Assembly: GCA_043812655.1 (NCBI GenBank)
Contig: JBDRLW010000044.1
Coordinates: forward strand, 32,001-96,000
Reading direction: 5' to 3'
Source: a bacterium
GTDB lineage: Bacteria > Margulisbacteria > WOR-1 > O2-12-FULL-45-9 > XYB2-FULL-48-7
DNA: 64,000 bases
Below are positions 37,935 to 48,076 of the stretch, piece by piece. The notes beneath the pieces are model-generated. The model searched no databases and had not been told where the DNA came from. It worked only from the letters and a program-made list of their open reading frames with translations. Made by a program: the position numbers and the translations under genes. How positions within the stretch are numbered: the stretch's first letter is position 1; each line of letters begins with the position of its first letter.

Positions 37935-39107
37935 ATGAAAAACAAGCTTCTTAAGGTCTTTCTTGTTACTATTTGCTTATTAAGTTTTTTTTCCTGCGTC
38001 TGCTGGGCTGACCCCCAACACGAGCCACCAAAAGTTAAATATGAAAAAGCAAAAATCATAGAAGCTGAAAAAATCGAACTCGATGATCCTACTGGTACAC
38101 AATTCAAGGAAATACATCAACAAGTCACATTGAAGATATTATCCGGCAAGCTAAGGGGAAAAACTGTCACGCTTGATCATATCGCTTCGGGAGGGATGGT
38201 CGGGCAAAACCTTAAGCTCAAAAACGGCGACAAAGTCATTGTTTATGTGGAGGAAAAGCCGACAAGAGCAGAAAGCCCCGATGGTTCGCCATTGATCCAT
38301 ATCAACGGTTACGCCAGAAGCTCTCCTCTCCTCTGGCTGGCCGTTATCTATGGGTTGATCCTGGTGGTCATCGGGGGAAAGAAAGGCTTAAGATCATTAG
38401 TCAGCCTGGCCTTGACCATCGCAATAATTTTCTTTGTCCTTTTCCCTTTAACCCTCCGGGGATTTAATCCTCTACTGGTTTCTATTGCCATCTCCGGAGT
38501 GATCTCCTTGCTGACATTTAGAATTATTGGGGGAAGGACAACCAAGGCCCTAAGCGCGGCCATCGGTACGCTGATCGGCGTGGCGATCGCAGGGATCTTA
38601 GCTACTGTGATCGGCAAGATGATCCATCTTTCCGGTTTAAGCTCAGAAGAATCGATGATCTTGTTGTACTCAATGGACCTGAAGATCGATTTTCAGGGGC
38701 TTCTCTTCAGCGGCATCTTGATCGGCGCGCTCGGCGCGGTGATGGATGTGGGAATGTCGATCGCTTCAGCCATTGACGAAGTGAGAAAGGTCCATCCGGA
38801 GGCAAATTTCACCAACTTGTTCCAGGCGGGGATGAATGTCGGCCGTGATATAATGGGAACAATGTCTAACACCTTGATCCTGGCTTATACCGGCTCCGCC
38901 CTGCCGCTCCTGCTCCTGTTTATCGCCGATAATATGTCTTTTACCAAGATAATCAATATGGAATTGGTAGCCGAAGAGATCGCCCGGGCATTAGCGGGAA
39001 GCATTGGCCTGGTATTATGCATTCCGGCCACGGCGTTGGTTGCCGCCGCAATGTACGCCAGGAATTCCCAATCTCACAGCTTTCCAAAAGAGTGGCTGAA
39101 AAAATGA
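37935..39107 (+). CDS. YibE/F-family membrane protein
   Basis: IGALGAVMDV..SIAS, GRDIMGTMSNTLILAYTG. Confidence 0.88.
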   Translation: MKNKLLKVFLVTICLLSFFSCVCWADPQHEPPKVKYEKAKIIEAEKIELDDPTGTQFKEIHQQVTLKILSGKLRGKTVTLDHIASGGMVGQNLKLKNGDKVIVYVEEKPTRAESPDGSPLIHINGYARSSPLLWLAVIYGLILVVIGGKKGLRSLVSLALTIAIIFFVLFPLTLRGFNPLLVSIAISGVISLLTFRIIGGRTTKALSAAIGTLIGVAIAGILATVIGKMIHLSGLSSEESMILLYSMDLKIDFQGLLFSGILIGALGAVMDVGMSIASAIDEVRKVHPEANFTNLFQAGMNVGRDIMGTMSNTLILAYTGSALPLLLLFIADNMSFTKIINMELVAEEIARALAGSIGLVLCIPATALVAAAMYARNSQSHSFPKEWLKK

Positions 39108-39340
39108 ATAAGGTATCTCTAACTCAGATGGCTTTGGGACAAAGCGGCGAGGTAGTTGAACTCCTCGGAGGAGCTGGGCTGATTCGCCGGTTAGAAGCTA
39201 TGGGGATCAGGATCGGATATCAGATCAGGAAGATCAGCTCCCAATTCATGCGCGGGCCCATTACGGTCAAAGTAGGACAGGTCAGTTTAGCCCTGGGCTA
39301 TGGCATGGCAAATAAAGTAATGGTTAAAATAGATAAATGA
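39104..39340 (+). CDS. feoA: Ferrous iron transport protein A
   Basis: RRLEAMGIRIG, GPITVKVG..LALG; directly before feoB. Confidence 0.9.
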   Translation: MNKVSLTQMALGQSGEVVELLGGAGLIRRLEAMGIRIGYQIRKISSQFMRGPITVKVGQVSLALGYGMANKVMVKIDK

Positions 39341-41052
39341 AAAAAATCTTATTGATCGGCAACCCTAATGTCGGGAAAAGTGTTTTCTTTTCTCGTTTAA
39401 CCGGTACCCAGGTGATCGCTTCTAATTATCCCGGCACAACTGTTGAATTAACCCGCGGGTACATGCTGGTTAATAATGAAACATATGAAGTGATCGACAT
39501 CCCGGGAACTTATACCCTCTGCCCAACCTGTAAGGCCGAGGAGGTCGCCTGCGAGCTGATAAAAAGCGGGGATCTGGTCATCAATATTGTTGACGCCACC
39601 AACCTGGAAAGGAACTTATACCTTACCCTTGAACTGATGGAACAAAAGGCACCGGTAATAGTAGCGTTGAACATGTGGGATGACACTAAACACCGAGGCA
39701 TCCATATTGACGTGAAACAACTAGAAGAATGGTTGGGTGTGCCGGTCGTGGCAACTACCGCCGTGACAGGGGAAGGATTTGTCCGGCTGATCGAACGGAT
39801 CCCTGAGGCTCGCACGCCAATGGTCAGGGCTCACAGCCTGGAGGATCGCTGGAAAGATATCGGTAATATTATTACCAAAGCGCAGCACCTTGAACACCGC
39901 CATCACACATTTTGGGAAAGGATCCAAGACTTGACGATCAAGCCAAAAACAGGCATCCCTTTCGCGCTACTGGTCGCCTTCATTTCGTTTAATTTTGTCC
40001 GCTTTATCGGCGAAGGGCTGATCAATTACCTGGCTAATCCTTTTTTTATAAGTATCTGGCAGCCACTGCTAATGAAACTCAGCGCGCTTCTGGGCCACGG
40101 CGGGATAATCCACAATGTCCTAGTGGGCAAATTAATCAATGGCAACATTGATTATGTCCAGTCCTTTGGTGTGTTAAGCACCGCCTTCTACGTGGAATTC
40201 GCTATGGTCCTTCCTTATATCGTTGCTTTTTACTTTTTACTTGGCATCCTAGAAGACTCTGGTTATCTACCGCGGCTGGCGATCCTGATGGACAACCTTA
40301 TGCACCATGTTGGACTGCACGGTTTCGCAATCGTGCCGACGCTGCTGTCATTTGGCTGCAATGTACCAGGAATACTAGCCACCAGGATATTAGAAAGCAA
40401 ACGGGAAAGATTTATCGCTTCGACCCTGATTTCGATCGGCGTTCCTTGCGCAGCGCTGCAAGCCATGATCATTGGCGTGCTAGGCAAGCATGGCGGCTGG
40501 CCGGTGTTGGCTGTCTATACTATCCTGGCTTTAACTTGGCTGGTTCTTGGCTTATTGCTCAACTGGCTGACTCCCGGATTCAGCCCAGAGCTGTTGCTCG
40601 AGATCCCGCCTTACCGTTTTCCCCCGGTCAGGTTGTTAATAAAGAAGACCTGGTGGCGGATCAAGCAGTTCATTAGAGAGGCTGTGCCAGTGGTCACCGC
40701 CGGTGTATTGGCGGTAAATATCCTCTATCTTTTAAATGTTTTTGATTTTATCGCCTCGCTGACCGCCCCAATTGTCAGCGGGCTACTAGGCCTGCCCAAG
40801 GAAGCGATCGCCGCGATCGTTATCGGCTTTTTGCGGAAGGATGTAGCGGTAGGAATGCTTGCTCCTCTCTCCTTAAGCATCAAACAATTGATTGTCGCCT
40901 CGGTCGTGCTTTCCATGTTTTTCCCGTGCGTCGCCACCTTTGTCATCATACTCAAAGAGCTGGGTTGGAAGGATATGCTAAAATCCACCGGCATAATGAT
41001 CCTCACTTCACTGCTGGTGGGGGGGCTGGTTAACTTATTTTTGCGGTTTTAA
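39337..41052 (+). CDS. feoB: Ferrous iron transporter B
   Basis: GNPNVGKS, NYPGTTVE, DIPGTY, LEDSGYLPR, FGCNVP. Confidence 0.93.
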   Translation: MKKILLIGNPNVGKSVFFSRLTGTQVIASNYPGTTVELTRGYMLVNNETYEVIDIPGTYTLCPTCKAEEVACELIKSGDLVINIVDATNLERNLYLTLELMEQKAPVIVALNMWDDTKHRGIHIDVKQLEEWLGVPVVATTAVTGEGFVRLIERIPEARTPMVRAHSLEDRWKDIGNIITKAQHLEHRHHTFWERIQDLTIKPKTGIPFALLVAFISFNFVRFIGEGLINYLANPFFISIWQPLLMKLSALLGHGGIIHNVLVGKLINGNIDYVQSFGVLSTAFYVEFAMVLPYIVAFYFLLGILEDSGYLPRLAILMDNLMHHVGLHGFAIVPTLLSFGCNVPGILATRILESKRERFIASTLISIGVPCAALQAMIIGVLGKHGGWPVLAVYTILALTWLVLGLLLNWLTPGFSPELLLEIPPYRFPPVRLLIKKTWWRIKQFIREAVPVVTAGVLAVNILYLLNVFDFIASLTAPIVSGLLGLPKEAIAAIVIGFLRKDVAVGMLAPLSLSIKQLIVASVVLSMFFPCVATFVIILKELGWKDMLKSTGIMILTSLLVGGLVNLFLRF

Positions 41053-41764
41053 TTGCGGCCACGTCAACCACGCTGCCGGCGCCGACCGAGATGAATTTGT
41101 CCCTGTATGCCGCCTTGAATTGCCTGATCGCCTTTTCCCCGGAGCAGTGGCAGGGACCGGCATAAGCCATTCCAAGGCATTTAAATTCGGTAATTATTTT
41201 CTTTATTTCCGAAGTGCTTTTCGTATAAAGGTGGAAACCGCCTAACACCGCCAGGATCGGCCTGTCCAGTTTTTTCTTTACTGTCTTGATGATCTCGATG
41301 ATACCTGGATGGGCACAACCAGTAATAATAATCAGACCCTTCGAAACATCAATAATTAAAGATTGTTCTTTAATTCCCTCGCCAAGTTCTCCACTACTGT
41401 AGATGTCCTTGGCAATCCTGGTAAAAGTTTTGATCCCGACGCATTTCGCTCCGGTAGCCTTGATCTCATTCCGGTAGGCCCGGGAAAAAGAGGCCGGAAC
41501 AAATACTTTCACTTTATGATTTATATTTAAAAAACCAAACAATCCGCCGGTATGGTCCCAATGGCTATGGGAGATAAAGATCTCCGTGACTGATCTGGGA
41601 GAAACGCGCAGCGCTTTCAGGTTGGACAGAAGAACATCCGCTTTCCCACCGGTATCAAAAAGGATGTTTCGGCCATGGTATTTTACGAGGCAGGAAAATC
41701 CCCAGGCGGGTTTAAATCCTTTTTGAACGGTATTATTATCGTAAATGATTTTTATTGCTGCCAT
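41030..41764 (-). CDS. MBL-fold metallo-hydrolase
   Basis: FDTG, SHSHWDHTGG, GCAHPG, GGFHL, PCHCSG. Confidence 0.85.
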   Translation of the reverse strand: MAAIKIIYDNNTVQKGFKPAWGFSCLVKYHGRNILFDTGGKADVLLSNLKALRVSPRSVTEIFISHSHWDHTGGLFGFLNINHKVKVFVPASFSRAYRNEIKATGAKCVGIKTFTRIAKDIYSSGELGEGIKEQSLIIDVSKGLIIITGCAHPGIIEIIKTVKKKLDRPILAVLGGFHLYTKSTSEIKKIITEFKCLGMAYAGPCHCSGEKAIRQFKAAYRDKFISVGAGSVVDVAAIKTAKIS

Positions 41765-41766
41765 TA

Positions 41767-42096
41767 TTATGCCTTTAACAAATAATCAGCTATGGCCTTA
41801 TACAAAGCGTTGACCGCCAGGATCGAGCAGTGCAAATGTTCTTTCGGAATTTCAGCTAACCCTTTGATCACTTGTCCCGCTGATATCGCAAGAGCTTTAT
41901 TCACTGTTTGATTAACTGCTAAACTGGCAGCCATTGCCGCGCAGGCCCTGGTCGAATCACACCCTTCAGTATAATACTTTACTTCAATGATCTTGTCGTT
42001 TTCAATGGCCAGATAGAACTCCATCTCTTCCCCGCACAAACCTTTCACGTATGAAGAACTGGTCGGGCCGTTCATCCGGCCGTAAAATCTATCCAT
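41767..42096 (-). CDS. NifU/IscU-like Fe-S scaffold protein
   Basis: GLCGEEM, EGC, HLHCSILA. Confidence 0.8.
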   Translation of the reverse strand: MDRFYGRMNGPTSSSYVKGLCGEEMEFYLAIENDKIIEVKYYTEGCDSTRACAAMAASLAVNQTVNKALAISAGQVIKGLAEIPKEHLHCSILAVNALYKAIADYLLKA

Positions 42097-42952
42097 GGCA
42101 CAACCTCCGCCGGGCAGAGAGCGGCAGATCCGCAGGAAAAACGGAAACAAATTCCGCCGCTCTGTCCGTCAGCACAAAAACCGGGATCGAACGGGAAAGT
42201 TTAAGCTTGGCTATCGGCTCTAGTGCTTCCCTAACGCCGGATGAGGCACAACTCCAAACCAGATCAGCATATTCCCCGATAACGGCAATTTTATCGGCCC
42301 CAACCCCCGTGGTACAAACCACTAAAGTTGTGATCGCCGCCCCGGATTCTTTTTCCAAACAGCATAATTTCTTCAAATCACCAGCCGCAGCTCCGCTGAT
42401 GGTCACGGCGATCTTTTTATAACCAGTTTTGATGGCGGCTTCAACCCCAGCAACCTGATCGATCATCCCTTTTCTGGAAACTATCCGGCAACCGAGGCGT
42501 TTGAGTTCCTTCTGTATCCCTCTGATCGGAGTAGTAACTACTAAACTATTAAGGCGGGCGCCGATTCCCTGGACAACCTCCGGCCGATCAGTGATCACCG
42601 TACCGGCCCCTTCGCAAACGACGACCGCGGCTTCGATCATCTTTTTTTTCAACGCGAACATCATCATCTCGGAAGCGCCGTACGGGATGGCAACTTCATT
42701 ACTGATCAACTTTCTTTTACCAGTAAACAAACCGAAATCCCTGATCTTTGACTCGATCGCTTCTTTGATCGCTCGTTTAAGCGCTTCCTTATCATCGCCT
42801 TTCAAACCGGCAAATCCTTTGTATAAATGTCGAGCCAGGGGACAGTGGGTTAAAGTTGGCTCGGACACCTCGATCACTTTGCCGCCCGAGATCATTACCT
42901 GGGAAGAAAAATATTTCATTATATGGAAGTCTCTCTCCGTAAGGCCTAACAT
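42089..42952 (-). CDS. DUF2099 / methanogenesis marker protein 8-like
   Basis: GKVIEVSEP..HCPL, IRDFGLFT, YGASE, VVCEGAGTV..PEVVQGIGAR, IDQVAGV, WSCAS. Confidence 0.72.
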   Translation of the reverse strand: MLGLTERDFHIMKYFSSQVMISGGKVIEVSEPTLTHCPLARHLYKGFAGLKGDDKEALKRAIKEAIESKIRDFGLFTGKRKLISNEVAIPYGASEMMMFALKKKMIEAAVVVCEGAGTVITDRPEVVQGIGARLNSLVVTTPIRGIQKELKRLGCRIVSRKGMIDQVAGVEAAIKTGYKKIAVTISGAAAGDLKKLCCLEKESGAAITTLVVCTTGVGADKIAVIGEYADLVWSCASSGVREALEPIAKLKLSRSIPVFVLTDRAAEFVSVFPADLPLSARRRLCHG

Positions 42953-43807
42953 TTATCCCTCTTTAAGTTTTTTCCAAATTTTCACAAGTTCTCTTTTTAT
43001 GGGACCATCATCATATTCTACAATAGTTTTCCCGGCAACCATTGACTCGACAACTCCCTTATCAAACGCTATTTTACCGTTAACCGGGATCCCGTTGTCT
43101 GTGCAAAACCGCTCAATTTGACCGGTCATCTCCGGGTTTAGGTCATATTTATTGATCACCAGACTGACCGGAACATTAAAATGCCGCGCGACTTCTATCA
43201 CTCTTTGGGCATCGTGAAGACCGGACAAGCTCGGCTCGGTAACAATCAGCGCGCAGTTGACCCCCGTTAAAGCGGCGATCACCGGACAACCGATCCCCGG
43301 CGGTCCGTCGATGATCACATAATCCAATTTATCACGCTTGGCAATATCCCTGGCAATCTGCCTGATCTTTGCCACCAGCTTGCCGGAATTCTCTTGGGCA
43401 ACCCCCAATTTCGCGTGGACAAACGGGCCATGATTAGTATCGGACATGAACCATTCCCCCGCGATATTATCTTCCATTCGTATCGCTTTAACAGGACAGA
43501 TGCGACTGCACAAGGCGCACCCCTCGCAGGAAAACGATTCGATCGAATAATCGGATTTTATCACCTTAAACCGGCAGACTTCGATACACTTACCACATTT
43601 ATTGCAAAGCGCTTGGTCAATAACGGCGGTTCGACCGCTTCTAAATTCATGCCGCTCTTTAATTGTCGGACGCAATAACAGGTGCAGGTCGGCGGCGTCA
43701 ACATCGCAGTCAACCATAACTTTGTTTTGAGCTAAAGCGGCAAGCGACGCGGCCACCACTGTTTTGCCTGTCCCGCCCTTTCCGCTAATAATGACTATTT
43801 GCTTCAT
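42953..43807 (-). CDS. MinD-superfamily P-loop ATPase with inserted ferredoxin domain
   Basis: SGKGGTGKT, DCDVDA, two CxxCxxCxxxC, DGPPGIGCPV. Confidence 0.88.
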   Translation of the reverse strand: MKQIVIISGKGGTGKTVVAASLAALAQNKVMVDCDVDAADLHLLLRPTIKERHEFRSGRTAVIDQALCNKCGKCIEVCRFKVIKSDYSIESFSCEGCALCSRICPVKAIRMEDNIAGEWFMSDTNHGPFVHAKLGVAQENSGKLVAKIRQIARDIAKRDKLDYVIIDGPPGIGCPVIAALTGVNCALIVTEPSLSGLHDAQRVIEVARHFNVPVSLVINKYDLNPEMTGQIERFCTDNGIPVNGKIAFDKGVVESMVAGKTIVEYDDGPIKRELVKIWKKLKEG

Positions 43808-44615
43808 TGAAAAGTTCCTGGAATTTCTGTTTGTATTCCGGTAGTATCTTTATAAGCGTTTCCCCTTTTGAATATGCCTGGGCTATCTCTTTTTTAAAGG
43901 GGATCCGCATCAGCACAGGAATATTTTCTGACGCGCAATATTCCTCGGTCTTATTATTTCCCAGATCAGAGCGATTAATAACCACGCCAAACGGGATCTT
44001 AAGTTGGCGCAGGACCTCGACCGCTAAAATTAAATCGTTCAAGCCAAAAGGGGTCGGCTCTGTAACCAGCAGGCAAAAATCGCTCCCCTTCACCGCGGCA
44101 ATGACTGGACATGATGTCCCCGGCGGAGCGTCAATAATGACCGTTCTGGCGGGATCAAGATGAGTTTTAACTTGCCTAATTAGCGGCGGAGCCATCGTTT
44201 CGCCAACATTGAGACAGCCCTGAACAAATTGTAAATCGTCCCTTTTCCCCGTTTCGATCCGACCAATCTCCCGCTCTTTCTCTTTTATTGCTTGTTTTGG
44301 GCAAAGCAGGGCGCAAGCTCCGCAGCTGTGGCAAAGTTCGGGAAAGATCAATACTTTATTTTTGGCAACGACCATGGCGTGGTATTCGCATACTTCGGCG
44401 CATTGGCCGCAATAGTCACAGTCGCTTTCGTCCACTACCGGCACGAGCACGGAAGCTTTTTCGGTTTTTTCAACTTCCGGCTTGATAAAAATATGGGCGT
44501 TCGGCTCTTCCACGTCACAATCCAAGAGCTGGACATTATTTAGCGACAGCGCGAGGTTAACGGCGACCGTGGTCTTCCCTGTCCCCCCTTTGCCTGAAGC
44601 GACCGAGAGTATCAT
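43785..44615 (-). CDS. MinD-superfamily P-loop ATPase with inserted ferredoxin domain
   Basis: SGKGGTGKT, DCDVEEPN, two 4Fe-4S motifs, DAPPGTSCPV. Confidence 0.88.
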   Translation of the reverse strand: MILSVASGKGGTGKTTVAVNLALSLNNVQLLDCDVEEPNAHIFIKPEVEKTEKASVLVPVVDESDCDYCGQCAEVCEYHAMVVAKNKVLIFPELCHSCGACALLCPKQAIKEKEREIGRIETGKRDDLQFVQGCLNVGETMAPPLIRQVKTHLDPARTVIIDAPPGTSCPVIAAVKGSDFCLLVTEPTPFGLNDLILAVEVLRQLKIPFGVVINRSDLGNNKTEEYCASENIPVLMRIPFKKEIAQAYSKGETLIKILPEYKQKFQELFNEANSHY

Positions 44616-45223
44616 GTTTTCCTCTCCGCCGCATAGACCAGCTGGCAATGCCCCTCCTGGCGGTTTACCGTAAAGTTATGTTCTTTCAAATATTCGCCAA
44701 CTATCGAAAAATCGCCGCACCGCTCCTCATGTTCTCTCCCTTCGTCCCGATGGATCTGCCTGACAACCTCAAATCCTTCCCGATTAAAATCGGCGATCAC
44801 TAGCTTACCAGAGCAGACCCTGATCATTTCGGCCAGGACAGCGAAAGGATTTTCAAAATGATGGAAAGCGTTGACGGAAACAACCGTGCCAAAGCTTTGG
44901 TCGGGGTACGGCAGCTGCGCCGCGTCACGGACAACAAATCCGATCTTCTCCAAAACCCCTTCGGCCGCCGCATTCAAGCGCGCGAATTCCTGCTCTGCCA
45001 CCGAATTATCAATGGTTAAAACCTTACCGGTATTCTTAGCCAGTAATACGGTCATGTGCCCCTTGCCGGTCCCGATTTCCAGCACCGGTTTCGTTAGCGG
45101 TAAGCACCGCTCTAAGATAAAATCGCGGCTAGCGTCCTGGTCATAACCGTATTGCTTATAAAGCTGTTTCCGCTCCAGCATTTCTTCACGATTGCTCTCG
45201 ATTTGTTTTTTATCAATGATCAT
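44612..45223 (-). CDS. Class I SAM-dependent methyltransferase
   Basis: VLEIGTGKG, DAAQLPY, AFHHF. Confidence 0.85.
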   Translation of the reverse strand: MIIDKKQIESNREEMLERKQLYKQYGYDQDASRDFILERCLPLTKPVLEIGTGKGHMTVLLAKNTGKVLTIDNSVAEQEFARLNAAAEGVLEKIGFVVRDAAQLPYPDQSFGTVVSVNAFHHFENPFAVLAEMIRVCSGKLVIADFNREGFEVVRQIHRDEGREHEERCGDFSIVGEYLKEHNFTVNRQEGHCQLVYAAERKT

Positions 45224-45226
45224 TTT

Positions 45227-45988
45227 TTATCGCGCTTCCGGCCTCCGTCGCCTGGTTTCCACTTCATCCATTGACTTTGTTTCCGGCCGCACGACATCAT
45301 AAGCCGAATAGGCTTTTAATGGCTTGAATAATTCTTTGATCTTTGATAGTTCTTTCGGTGAAAGAGGTTTGATTGGACAAGGACGCAAAGGCGTATTAAT
45401 TTCTACCTCAACCGGATTTATCTGCTTCGCCAGGTTTGCCAAATCAGCCGCATGATCTTTATTCTGTGGCACAAACATGATCTGCAGCGCCAGTTTGCCT
45501 GGATATTCTTCAATAAATCTTCTTATCCCTTCAAGGATCATGTAAAAAGTGATGCCATTGGTGGGCTGATTGATAATTCTAAAAATTTTTTCATTTGGCG
45601 CGTCCAGCTTAGCTATAATCCGATCGGCCCGACCAAGTTCCCTTCTCACCTGCGGATCATGCAACAGGGAAGAGTTAGTCAGGACCGCTACCGGCTTGCT
45701 GAATCGCCCTTTAATCTGGTCAATGACTTCGCCCAGGTTTAGCGCTAGTGTTGGCTCCCCCGTTCCGGAAAATGTAATGTAGTCAATCCCCATCCGAGGC
45801 AGAGTTTCCAATTCTTTAACCAACTCCGCTGTCGGCACAAAAACCTGGCGTTTAATGATATGCCTGATCGTTTTACCAAGCTGGCAATAAATACAGTCGA
45901 ACGGACACGATTTCTCTCCAGAAACCAGATCAATGCCCAATGACCGCCCCAAACGCCAGGACGGGACCGGGCCGTAGATATGCTTCAT
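45227..45988 (-). CDS. Radical SAM protein
   Basis: YGPVPSWRLGRSLGID, CPFDCIYC, SGTGEPTL. Confidence 0.88.
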   Translation of the reverse strand: MKHIYGPVPSWRLGRSLGIDLVSGEKSCPFDCIYCQLGKTIRHIIKRQVFVPTAELVKELETLPRMGIDYITFSGTGEPTLALNLGEVIDQIKGRFSKPVAVLTNSSLLHDPQVRRELGRADRIIAKLDAPNEKIFRIINQPTNGITFYMILEGIRRFIEEYPGKLALQIMFVPQNKDHAADLANLAKQINPVEVEINTPLRPCPIKPLSPKELSKIKELFKPLKAYSAYDVVRPETKSMDEVETRRRRPEAR

Positions 45989-45989
45989 T

Positions 45990-47339
45990 TTATATCTTCC
46001 CCGCCGCATCCTGCGCCGCCAGAACTAGGGGATACATGGTCGGGGCCGCCGTCAAATGCGGATGGGTCGCCATCTGCAGCGTCTCCAGTTCGGTGCAGGA
46101 GACCCGTTTCTGTATCGCCATCCCGATGATATTAATGATCTCCCCAGCCGACATCCCGCCTGCTACCTGCCCCCCCATCAGAATACCCGACTGCTTGGAG
46201 AAAATAAGCTTGACCGTTGTTTTCCCGGCGTTAGGCATGGCCGCAGGGTGTTTATTGGGAGCTTCCGCGCGGCCAACGACGATCTCAAACCCCTCTTTTT
46301 TCGCCGCGGCTTCGGTCAGGCCGCCGGATCCGAGCACCAGCCCGTCAACCCAGGTGGAATAGATAGCAATGGTCCCTTTATTCTCCCGGACAACCTTTAA
46401 CTGGTAGAGGTTGGATCCCGCCACTCTGGCCTCCGCCGTGGCGGTAGATGCTAGCATGACAGGCAGATCCTTGCGGGTAAAAAAGTCCCTTTTTCCAACG
46501 CAGTCGCCGACGGCAAAAATATCCGGGTCCATGGTCCGCATGTATTCATCCACCCAGATCCCTTTCCCCTTCCCCAGATCAATACCGGCTTCCTTTGCCA
46601 GTTTCGTGTTCGGCCTTGCACCAATCCCCAAAATGATCAGATCCGCCAGTATCCTAGTTTTATCGGACAAAAGAACCTCGGTCGTCCTGTCCTGGCCTAT
46701 GATCTCTTCGACTTTCTTGCCAAGCAGCAGCTTGACCCCTTTAGCTTGAAGTTTCTCTTCGACCATTTTTCCGAACTCTTCGTCAAAAGAGTTCATGAGT
46801 AGATGCGGAAAAAGCTCGACCAAACAGACATTCAAGCCTTTAATATTCGATAATTCATCCGCGAATTCAATGCCAATAAACCCGCCGCCGATGATCAGAA
46901 CGTTTCCGGCTTTTCCCAGCACCTCCTTGAGCCCCTTCAGGTATTCCAGCCCTTTATAGATCGGATAAACCCCTTTCTTATCGATCCCCTTGATGGGCGG
47001 AATGATGGGATCCGAACCAGACGCCAGGATTAATTTTTCATATGTTAAGGTTTGACCACCCTTGATTTTAACGGTTTTCCCCTGACGATCAACGGCGATC
47101 ACCTCATCCACCATCACGGCAATCTTGTTCTTTTCCAGGGGGGCACCTCCCATGATATTATCCTCGGGTTTTTGCAAGGTCTGGAACATATATGGTATAC
47201 CGCAAGGGACAACCCCTTGCCCGACACTTTTTATCAACATGATCTTCTTGTCCGGATAATATTTCCGCGCAGTAACCGCGCTGATAATCCCGGCCGGTCC
47301 GCCGCCAACGACAATGACATCAAACTTTTCACTATTCAT
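45990..47339 (-). CDS. FAD-dependent pyridine nucleotide-disulfide oxidoreductase (CoA-disulfide reductase/NADH oxidase-like)
   Basis: GGGPAG, PCGIPY, GGGFIG, AVGDC. Confidence 0.88.
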   Translation of the reverse strand: MNSEKFDVIVVGGGPAGIISAVTARKYYPDKKIMLIKSVGQGVVPCGIPYMFQTLQKPEDNIMGGAPLEKNKIAVMVDEVIAVDRQGKTVKIKGGQTLTYEKLILASGSDPIIPPIKGIDKKGVYPIYKGLEYLKGLKEVLGKAGNVLIIGGGFIGIEFADELSNIKGLNVCLVELFPHLLMNSFDEEFGKMVEEKLQAKGVKLLLGKKVEEIIGQDRTTEVLLSDKTRILADLIILGIGARPNTKLAKEAGIDLGKGKGIWVDEYMRTMDPDIFAVGDCVGKRDFFTRKDLPVMLASTATAEARVAGSNLYQLKVVRENKGTIAIYSTWVDGLVLGSGGLTEAAAKKEGFEIVVGRAEAPNKHPAAMPNAGKTTVKLIFSKQSGILMGGQVAGGMSAGEIINIIGMAIQKRVSCTELETLQMATHPHLTAAPTMYPLVLAAQDAAGKI

Positions 47340-47365
47340 TTTCTTTTTCTCCTTTCTATTATTTA

Positions 47366-48076
47366 TTAGGCGCCCCTGATCAAGGTGTTAGCAACGTGTG
47401 GTTTAGCCGCCACCACCATTTCTTCTAATTTTTCGCGGGTATGCGGTTTAACGCTTCTTAGCGCTTCATCCCAGGCATGATCGGGTGCGAACTGCTGGAG
47501 CACTAATTTATCGGCCCCGGCAAGATGTTTTGCGATATCGGTAATATCCGTTTTTTGCAGCATGGTCGGCACCACGGTTGTGCGAAATTCATAAGGGATC
47601 CCGCTCTCCATAATAAGCCTGATGCTCTGTTTTATCTTGCCTAGATCCGTTCTTGATCCGGAAAGACGATTATACCTTTCATCCAAGGGTCCCTTGATAT
47701 CCATCGCGATATAATCAACCAGTTGATCGTCTATGGCCGTTTTTAAACACTCCGGGTCCGTCCCGTTGCTGTCTAATTTTACTTGAAAGCCGTTGGCCTT
47801 GATTCGCCTGATAAATTCAAAGAGGCCCTTATTCTTATGCAGGCAGGGCTCCCCGCCGGTTAAACATATTCCGTCCAAAAAGTCCTTATGCTCGAGCAGG
47901 AACCGTTCGATGCGTTCCAATGGTATAGTTTCGCATTCCTGCGGTTTTTCGATAAAGCCGGCATTGTGGCAAAAAGGACAGCGGAAATTGCACCCGGCCA
48001 CATACAAGGTGGAGACCACCTTGCCGTCCCAATCCAGGAAAGACGTTTCAATAAAGCCTTTTATCTCAAGGTCCAT
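47366..48076 (-). CDS. Glycyl-radical/anaerobic RNR activating-type radical SAM protein
   Basis: SFLDWDGK, GCNFRCPFCHN, TGGEP, AMDIK, EFRTT. Confidence 0.85.
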   Translation of the reverse strand: MDLEIKGFIETSFLDWDGKVVSTLYVAGCNFRCPFCHNAGFIEKPQECETIPLERIERFLLEHKDFLDGICLTGGEPCLHKNKGLFEFIRRIKANGFQVKLDSNGTDPECLKTAIDDQLVDYIAMDIKGPLDERYNRLSGSRTDLGKIKQSIRLIMESGIPYEFRTTVVPTMLQKTDITDIAKHLAGADKLVLQQFAPDHAWDEALRSVKPHTREKLEEMVVAAKPHVANTLIRGA

